Of a stretch of 64,000 bases of DNA, positions 56,201 through 64,000 are shown piece by piece. Position 1 is the first letter of the stretch; every line of letters begins with the position of its first letter. The DNA is from Lepidodermella squamata (lineage: Eukaryota; Animalia; Gastrotricha): contig JBLDXI010000029.1 in the NCBI GenBank assembly GCA_047495785.1, forward strand, positions 248,001 through 312,000, given 5' to 3'. The position numbers and the translations under genes were made by a program. The notes beneath the pieces are model-generated. The model was not told where the DNA came from. It did no database searches and saw only the letters and a program-made list of their open reading frames with translations.

Positions 56201-58945
56201 GTTCTCAAAGGCCCAGCTGTTTCGCCATTCACATCTATTTACCTGAAATGCAACAGAGGCTACGAAAGCAAAAATGGTCCGCTCGGTTCAACCTGCTTTG
56301 ATAACTCAACGTGGTATCCAGATATCAACAGCTGTAACAAAAAGGTAAGTAACGTATGCGGCTCATCCTTATTTATCGTATGCCCTTGTTGTAGGATTTG
56401 GTTGCCAAGCAAACAGAGCTCATGAAAGCGATCACTGAGCAGAATATCGTCAAAGTTCGCGAGCTGCTAGAAGATAGAGATGTCAACGTAAATTGGCGTG
56501 ATCCATCAGAGCGTGGCACTTGGACTATCGTCAATGGAACGGCCCTTCACATTGCCTTGGACCTTGAAGCGCCTGTAGAACTGGTCAAAACTCTCGTCGA
56601 AGCCGGGGCTAATTTAAATGCTAAGGAGGGTAAATACGGCTCAAGAGTTCTCGAGATCGCCGCTGCGAAGACCAGCTCCCCTGAAATCGTTGCATACCTC
56701 ATCGAATCTGGGGCGAATGTCAATGGCCGTGACGAAGCTAATGAAAAAACCGCTTTGATGGCAGCAGCGGAATACGGCCACCTGGTTAAAGTAGACATTT
56801 TGGTCAAATACGGTGCTAACGTCAACGCTGTTGGTAAGGATGGTTACACGGCTCTGATGTTAGCGGTGAAGAAAGCTCACCTGGATATTGTCAAGTATTT
56901 GATCCAGAACGGAGCTGATTCCCTGATAGTGGCTGACGATGGTCAAACAGCTAGTTCCCTGGCTGGGAATAATATCGATTTTATCCAGCTTTTTACGGGT
57001 ATTTCGACAACAGAAACTCCCACGACCACTAATCGGGTATTGGACTTGGAGAAAGTCATGCGTCAACAAGCATTGAACGATGCCGCTGTTCGGGCCAGCT
57101 ATGATGAAGTGCTGCGATTGCTTGAAGGTGAAACTCTGGACCTGGAATGGCGCGATGCTACCGGATCTACTGCTCTCCACAAGGCTGTTTTTGCTGGACA
57201 GCCTGTCGTAGTAGCTGCGTTGTTGGACCACGGAGCCGAGATGAATTCTCAGCGGCTGGACGGCAAGACGCCCCTGATAATAGCAGCTGAATATGGCCAC
57301 GTGATGGTCGTGGAACTGCTCGTTAAGAAAGGAGCGGACAAGTCCGTCGCGGTTAGTGGGAACCGTGCTGTCGACATCGCCAGGCAAAAGGGTTTCACGG
57401 ATATTGTACGCATTCTTTCTGGGAACAGGGTATGCTTTAACCAATAACAGACAGCTTGAGACAGCTGAGACATAGGTATTCTTTAGAAGAGTTTTGAATT
57501 TTTTAGAAGAATTCAAATTCCTGTCAGGTTATTTTTATTGGATTCTTCATCCTTCGAAAATTACACATTTTCATTTAATATCAATACTTTCATCAATACT
57601 ACTTCAATAATTCCCAAAATATTTAATAATTGAAGTAATAAATGAATTGAACTTGTAGATCGCCTATCTCTCGACAATCGCCACTAAGCCCACCTCTACA
57701 ACTCGCACGCCAACGGTTGTGTTGCAGCGGCAATTGAACGAAGCGGCAGGCCGCGGCGATCTTGACACTGTTGGCCGCTTGTTGGAGCAAGGATCACTTG
57801 ATTTAAATTGGCGTGATCAAAACGGCGTCACAGCGGTGCATAGAGCAGCCTACACAGCGAATGCTGACATTCTCGATGCTCTCATTGCCGCTGGAGCTTC
57901 GATCAATGCGAGGGGCTCAGATGGTGCTACGCCGCTGATTGAAGCTGCTTACAGCGGCCGTGGTGACGTCGTGAAAATGCTGCTTGCTCGTGGCGCTGAT
58001 GGCAAAATCAGAAAATCGACTGGTGAAACAGCTCTGGATTTCGCGAGAAGCAAGGGATTCAGTGAAATAATCAAACTGTTGGCTCCGGTAGGTGAAACTT
58101 GGATAGTTAATATTTTAAATTCAATAAAGGATAATCGAAAGCCACTTAGATTTATATGTTAACCCTATTCGGAAAATTCGGCATGGCGATTTCACGAGAG
58201 TCTATAAGGCACAACATGTCAACGTTTTATAATGGAAACTGGACTTTTATGATGAGTTGTAGGTTGATTATTTCATGTCTCTCTCTAGGCTGGCGATCCG
58301 GAAGTCAACAGGCGTCTCGGCGAAGCCGCTGCCAGGGGCAACTCGACTAGAGTTCAGGAGCTACTCCAGACTCAAGGTATCGACCCGAAATGGCGCGACA
58401 ATCGTGTTCTCGACAACGGCAATGTCACGGGTGGAACCGCGCTTCATCGCGCCGTAGTGAACGCAGCTCCGCTCAGCATTGTGAAGGCCTTGGTTAAAGC
58501 CCGATTCAACGTGAACGAAGCTGAACTAGGCAACGGCTGCATGCCACTGCACCTGGCTGTCAGCCAGAGAACAACTAGCACATTGCTGTACCTGATTGAG
58601 ATTGGCGCAGATGTCGATGCTGTATGTTCGAAACCCGGAATAACGGCACTTATGATAGCAGCGTATAATGGAAGATCGGATATGGCCACAGCCTTACTCG
58701 ATAAATCTGCTGAAGTCGATAAGGTTTCGACGAAGGAAGGCTACACGGCTTTGCACTATGCGGCTGAGAAAGGCCAGCTGGGCGTCGTGAAGTTACTGCT
58801 GCGTCGCTCTGCGAATATTAACGCGAGATCGAGGTACAACGAGACTCCGCTCATGAGAGCTGCCGCGAATGGGCAGGCGGCTGTTGCGCGTTTCCTTATC
58901 AGGATGCAAGCCGATAAAACAGGCTGTGTTAGCAAGTACTGCTGA
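53278..58945 (+). CDS. Gene N: large secreted ANK - ANK - 4xCCP - multi-ANK protein (inverted paralog of E)
   Basis: Signal exon 53278-53369 (MTFLRWTLRLKLAFLFMAIPDCVVLA, phase 2). Exons ~53475-54526, 54640-55324, 55384-55751, 55815-55988, 56142-56344, 56395-57429, 57659-58087, 58289-58945 (ends DKTGCVSKYC*). AATAAA near 59025. Confidence 0.85.
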
Positions 58946-59124
58946 GACATCTAATGCGCTCGGCATGATTGTTTTACTCATTTTGTAACGATTCGTTTCA
59001 TTTTGAAATGACAGCATTTTCTTGAATAAACATATGAATGGGGTTTCTTACTATGATTTCATCACTGCCAAGTTTAATGTATTTTATTCCCTCATTTGAA
59101 GCTTTCCATGGCCATCTTTTCAGT

Positions 59125-60838
59125 TCATATGTCGTTGCAAACCATGCGGTGAACTCCATCCATTTCGAAATGGCTCAGGTTTTTACACTTGAATTCCAAA
59201 GTGAACGACTTGGCCTCTCCGATGTCAGGGCGAGACGGCGAGGCTGAATCTCCGATGAAACATCTCAGCTGTTCGTTAGCTAACCCTAGACGAGGGCTAC
59301 TGGCTTTCTCAGTAGTGGAAGTTTCTTCAGGCCTTGATGTTGACGTTGAGACGATAGATTCTTGAATCACCTTGGATTCAGAAGTCGAGACCTTTGACGC
59401 CGAAGCTTCGTCCAGAGGAAGAATTGAGTCATGGGAACCGCTGTTTGCCTTCTCGTCAGCTTGAATCTTAGATATCAGTTCAGCGACAGAAACCACAGTT
59501 TCCGTCGTGCTTGTTTGCTCCGGGTTAGTAGGCGAAGTCTTTACAACTGACTCTTCTTGCGTAGGAGAAGAAGCATGACCTGCTGCAGAGCTTTCACCTT
59601 CATCACTGATGCTCGAGGTTTTTGATGTTGGAGACGTTGCGACTTCCGATGTGCCTTCTGTTTCCGGTGTCGTGTTAGCTTCATGCGAGGACGATGAAGA
59701 AACCAGCTCATTTCCAGTAGGAGATGGTGATGTTTTCAATTCCTCAGATTCAGTCGCCGAAGTAGATGTCGAGGAATGGCCCTGCTCCATAGATGGGCTC
59801 GGGGCTAAGGAAGCAGCAGATAGTTTCTCATGCGGTTTGTTAGATGCAGCAGTCTGCTCAGTGGATGATTTTAACGATTCGTCATCATCAGGGATTGTAG
59901 CAAACGAGCTTGGCGAAGCTGGAGAGCTAGCAGTCGCAATAGCATCTTCTTCATCTTTGGTTGTAAAATGCTGTGATTCGATAGAGTTCGAATTCGACAA
60001 TGATGATGAAGGTTCTACTGTTGAACTGCTGATGGCGATATGCTCAGTGGTCGACTTTATTTCATCGTGCTCTGAGCTCGAAGCCTCAGGTAGATCACTC
60101 TTGAAGGTGGATCTCGATTCTGAGCTTGACTCTTCGCTTGGTACAGTAGAAGTGGAGCCAGCTAGTGATTGAATCGAAGCGTAGTGTTCAGCAGTAGGGG
60201 CATTCGATAGCGTGTCGATTTTTTCCATGGGATCAGCAGAAGCAGAAAGTGAGCTGTGCGCATCGTTGTTTACTTCAGCTGAAACTTGACCGGCCAAACC
60301 TGTGTTAAAAGGCGATTTCTCAATTCCAGTAGCTGACGATTCTGCTGGTTTCGCATTAACATGTTCATCAACTTGAACTAACGAGCTCTTTTCATTCTTG
60401 TGAACGGGTTCAGGGGTAGTTGCCTCTGTATTGTCAGCCTTGTTTGGTACGTCCCCGCTTCCAGATTCAGGAAAACCATCGATATCGACGGAAGGCTTCA
60501 CACGACGCGTTACTGGGGGTTTTCTAGTCGCTTTCTTCTTCCTCGAAGTTTTCACCACGCTGTCCGCAACAGCTTCAGCCGTGCCTGCAAAGGATGATCG
60601 AACACTCTCAGGGTTTCGGTTTTCGAATCCTTCTCCATCATTTTCAGCTCGCTGGACCAAGTCTTGTTTGCTGAATCCAAAGTTGCCGAGGCCATTCTGA
60701 TTTTTTGTAACGCGCCTGTAAATCTATGAGTGGAATTACATCAAATCGGAGTAAAGAAAAAGGCACTTATCATCTTACAGTGGAGTCCGCAGTTTGTATC
60801 ACAACTACAATGACCAAAATCACTGTCAGAGTTTTCAT
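59125..60838 (-). CDS. Secreted Ser/Thr/Glu-rich mucin-like protein with a short Cys-containing C-terminal segment
   Basis: Signal exon 60838-60779 (MKTLTVILVIVVVIQTADST) splices in frame to 60723-59125. Long low-complexity S/T/E/P tract; three Cys in the last ~45 aa. TATAAAA on the - strand near 60891-60897. Confidence 0.8.
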
Positions 60839-61239
60839 TTTTCAATTGATGATTTCGGAAATAATGAGCGAGAAGACTGACGAGAGCGACTTTTATACTT
60901 ATGTTGTGATAACGGCCAGGTGTTTTGTAATCAAAACTCGTGGGTTAGACACGGCTGAAGTAAATGCCTACCTGATGGCACTTTCCCATAGAAACGGGTA
61001 ACAGTTGCGCAGGGTTCTCACAGCCCATGTTGTGAAGTTTCAGAAAAAAACACAAATCATAAATCTTCAAAGTCAAAGTTCACGGATAAACCAATTCCAA
61101 AGCCCTAAGCCTATTAAAAAAATAGGCCGGTTGAATAATAATTGTGCGATGATTAAGGATCGAAATTAAAGTTTTATACCGTGGATTTTTTTCACCCCAT
61201 CTAGCCTATTAAATGAGGTGAATGGTTACGACAGGTGTC

Positions 61240-61539
61240 CATTGTGTTTGAGGTTGTAAGTTGAAAAAAATCTGCACGCTGATTGGTCAGTTGGCTCATA
61301 TCCATGACTCCGCCTTGCTACTTGATCGTGCGATCTATATAATTTGTGGCTTTTATTATTTTTATGAAGGCCGTGTCGTAGCACGCGTTTCCAACAAATG
61401 CGTAAAACCATTCATAAAAAGATATTTTTTGCAAACATTTTATGGATCGCACGATCAAGTAGCAAGGCGGAGTCATGGATACGAGCCAACTGACCAATCA
61501 GCGTGCAGATTTTTTCAACTTACAACCTCAAACACAATG
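61240..61539. mobile_element. MITE-like foldback element with ~100-bp arms
   Basis: CATTGTGTTTGAGGTTGTAAGTTGAAAAAAATCTGCACGCTGATTGGTCAG...GATCGTGCGATC (~61240-61335) is mirrored at ~61445-61539. Confidence 0.8.
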
Positions 61540-61828
61540 TCATCATAACCAAAGAGCTGGGTCATTCTCAACCATCCTCTCCGACAACTCATCTCCTCGT
61601 TTTATTGGCACTAGTCCCGAAATATATTGAGATTGCTGAATATCGCCATGAAATTGAAACTTCTTCCATGGGCAAAAGAAAGCATGGTCACCAGATGTTT
61701 TGAAATTGCCGTTCTTATTCTTTATTCGATTCAAATTATTAAGTAATCATAACAAACAATTAGAAACCCCGCCCCTGTTGAATATAATCAAATCAAGAAC
61801 AATCAAATTTGAAAAGTCAAATAGTTCC

Positions 61829-64000
61829 TTAACAGCTTGGATTGTCCGTGGTAATGTCGCAAACCAACTTCTCGGAAATCCACGATCCAAAGGGCTCAAG
61901 GTCTGCAAACAGCGGTAACTTATTGGCTGAACATTTTTCATCGCGGCCAAAATAAATCCCGTACTGCAAAAAATTAGCAATCAAATAAATAGATTATTTT
62001 TAAATGTTTGTCTTTAGTACCTGCAAAAGGCTGTCTCCTAGTCCTGATTTCGCGTCGTTAAGTGATTGGAACATAAGCGGGGAGCCTTCATCACCGTCGC
62101 AGGGCACATTCAAATCACGAGTGGCAGATTGGAAGCAGCTGTCAGTCGCTGGTTCGAACCCATCTTTCCAAGAAATCACGCAGTTTTCATCATCGAGCTT
62201 CACGCCATGAACAAATCTTGGCAACGTTCTACTTGTCGGGCCGGATCGGCCATTTTTACCCCAGCCGGCTGTAAACTGGAATGAGCTGTGATCGATACTG
62301 TTTGAATCTTTGCCATAGATCGAAATGTCGTTTACGTAAGCTGAGGTCATGTCGATTGGTGATTTCAACTTCAGCAGAGCAATGTCTCGTTCTGAGTTAC
62401 CGGATCGAATAACGTTGGATATGGCATGCGTCTTTTTGTAGACAGAAGAGACTGCGAAGTCGTGAACACCAGTCACAACTGGAAGCTTGTATGCATCGCT
62501 TGAATTCACGCATTTAGCCGAGGTTAGGACCCACAGTTCGTCGATAATCGAAACAGTGCACATGGTTTCATTGCCGAATACGTTGCCAAGGACGCCGAGC
62601 CATGGAAACTGACCAGCTCGTGGGATTTGAGCTGATGACGACGTGTGAGCTGGAATCGGTGACAGCGGCAACTTCGGCTGTCCAGGCATCGCGACTTCAT
62701 GAGTGTTGCGGCAGGCGCTAATTAGACGCTGGATCTCGGGCCAGGATAGGTCTGAGTAGTAAACCGATAAGCAGGATAGGCTGTCTCCACGGGCTAACGC
62801 CCCGCCGACCCAAGCAAAGCCAATTTCTACGCCGGTAATACCGCTCATGTCAACCGCGACAGTTTTGGTTGTCTTTTGGGCGACACCATGCTTGTTGTAG
62901 ATGGTGATTTGCTGAGAAAACGCGTTATAACTGAAGCTAACGAAATTCCAGACATAGTCTGTGCTCAGCATTGTAGATGCCACATCGTATCCTCCAGCAG
63001 ATAGGATTACTTTATTACCAGAGTAGTAAATTTGTGGCAGCCTGCGAGATGAGGGAATCGAGTCCGCCGAGAACTGAAATACTCCACCCTTCGAGTCTTT
63101 TTTACCCAGCCTGAGGAAAAACGAGACAGTGAAAGACTTTTTCGTATTTTGGAAAGCAGAATGCGAGAATCGGAACATTCCATTATCAGTGTCTTTTGCT
63201 GATACGATTGCGTTGAGCTCCCCTCCGAATGGACCGTTCGCTGGGACGAAATAACCATTGGTAGGAAAACTAGGGGAAAGGTCGTTCTTGCTCAAATCTT
63301 TAAACTTGTACTTATTGGTTAGGGGCCAGACTGCTATCAGGTTGTCAGTTGAAGGCCACATTGACGGGTACTCGCCCTTGTATTTGCAGGCATCACTCAG
63401 CTGACTGATATCATTCGGGCTAAGAACAGAGCTGTGAACTGTCACGCATGCAATAGCTTCGTTCGATTTCAAAATATGCGAAGCGCCATTTTTATCCTTC
63501 GCATAGCCAACAACGTAGCCTGTCATCGAGGTTGGCTCGATATAGAAGTCTCTGAAGCTCTGCTTCACAAAACCAGCTGAGTCGTAGAGTGTTACTTCAT
63601 TATTTGCATCGTCGTAGGTAACAGCGATGAAATTCCACTGGGATGGTGCAAAGAAATTTTCGGCTTTCTCAACGCGGATCGATGCGAATTTCTCGCTATA
63701 GCCGTAAACTTCAAGCGCGTAGCCTCGTCGTATGAGGCCAAGTCTTCTCGGCATAGTGTTTTCCTCCGAAAATATGCCAGTAGTTTCATAGGTGTAAGCA
63801 TTGTAATACATTGTATAAGTGAAGCTGGTGTAAGTGTTCTTAGTGGCGTTGTAGTAAACCATGGCGCTGCTACTCGATTTGACGCTGTAGCTCGACTGCG
63901 GCTCACCGAAAGGCCCATTGTATCTGGAATTTACCACCGCATTGCCGCTCGAGCTGATCGCCTGCTTGCCCGACAGGTCGTTAACACCATTTTTCGCGTC
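61829..64000 (-). CDS. LamG/pentraxin-like tandem domains plus catalytically dead trypsin-like domain (5' end outside window)
   Basis: Open from the window edge to 62021, with a last exon 61963-61829 (YGIYFG...LEPFGSWI...PSC*). Repeated LamG-like units (lIAVWPL...DLS.N...GPFG...sFT..f....WNF...tY). Trypsin-like GQFPW, CTVSIIDELWVLTSAKC, DIALLKL, PCDGDEGSPL. Confidence 0.8.

Noticed and set aside
1051-58945. Ankyrin ORFs as bacterial endosymbiont (Wolbachia/Legionella-like) effectors or contamination
   Set aside because: They are joined by in-frame spliceosomal introns to signal peptides and animal extracellular domains, and eukaryotic tRNAs and polyA signals are present. An ancient bacterial origin of the cassette cannot be excluded.
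61226-61548. Two ORFs sharing SHDQVARRSHGYEPTDQSACRFF
   Set aside because: Artefact of translating both arms of a palindromic MITE-like element.
1120-63918. Numerous antisense or alternate-frame ORFs overlapping the ANK, CTL, EamA and mucin exons (e.g. 6474-6944, 39281-39856, 49618-50187, 56860-57516, 59609-60172)
   Set aside because: These are shadow ORFs of real coding exons with no domain signal. Their recurrence simply mirrors the paralogy.

Overview
Compact, intron-containing animal (invertebrate-type) genomic DNA; most introns are GT-AG and about 50-110 nt. The taxon cannot be determined from this sequence. The ORF track fragments the genes, so I spliced them by hand; gene letters (A-N) are my own labels. 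The window is dominated by ten paralogous genes encoding apparently SECRETED ankyrin-repeat proteins. Each has a signal peptide and no visible transmembrane segment, and most have a C-terminal Cys-pair cap. Ankyrin cassettes are fused in different combinations to C-type lectin, sushi/CCP, LDLa and catalytically dead trypsin domains. Many cassettes sit on symmetric phase-0 exons, and terminal cassettes are visibly swapped between paralogs. Interspersed are a GH17 beta-1,3-glucanase and a PQQ-like beta-propeller gene (both with intronless CDS, both HGT candidates), two EamA/DMT transporter paralogs, a multi-pass membrane protein, a mucin-like secreted protein, a LamG-like/pseudo-trypsin gene, and the 5' end of a Cys-loop receptor-like gene. 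There are also several MITE-like elements and a tRNA cluster (Phe, Pro, Glu plus degenerate tRNA-like units) enclosed by a ~90-bp inverted repeat.
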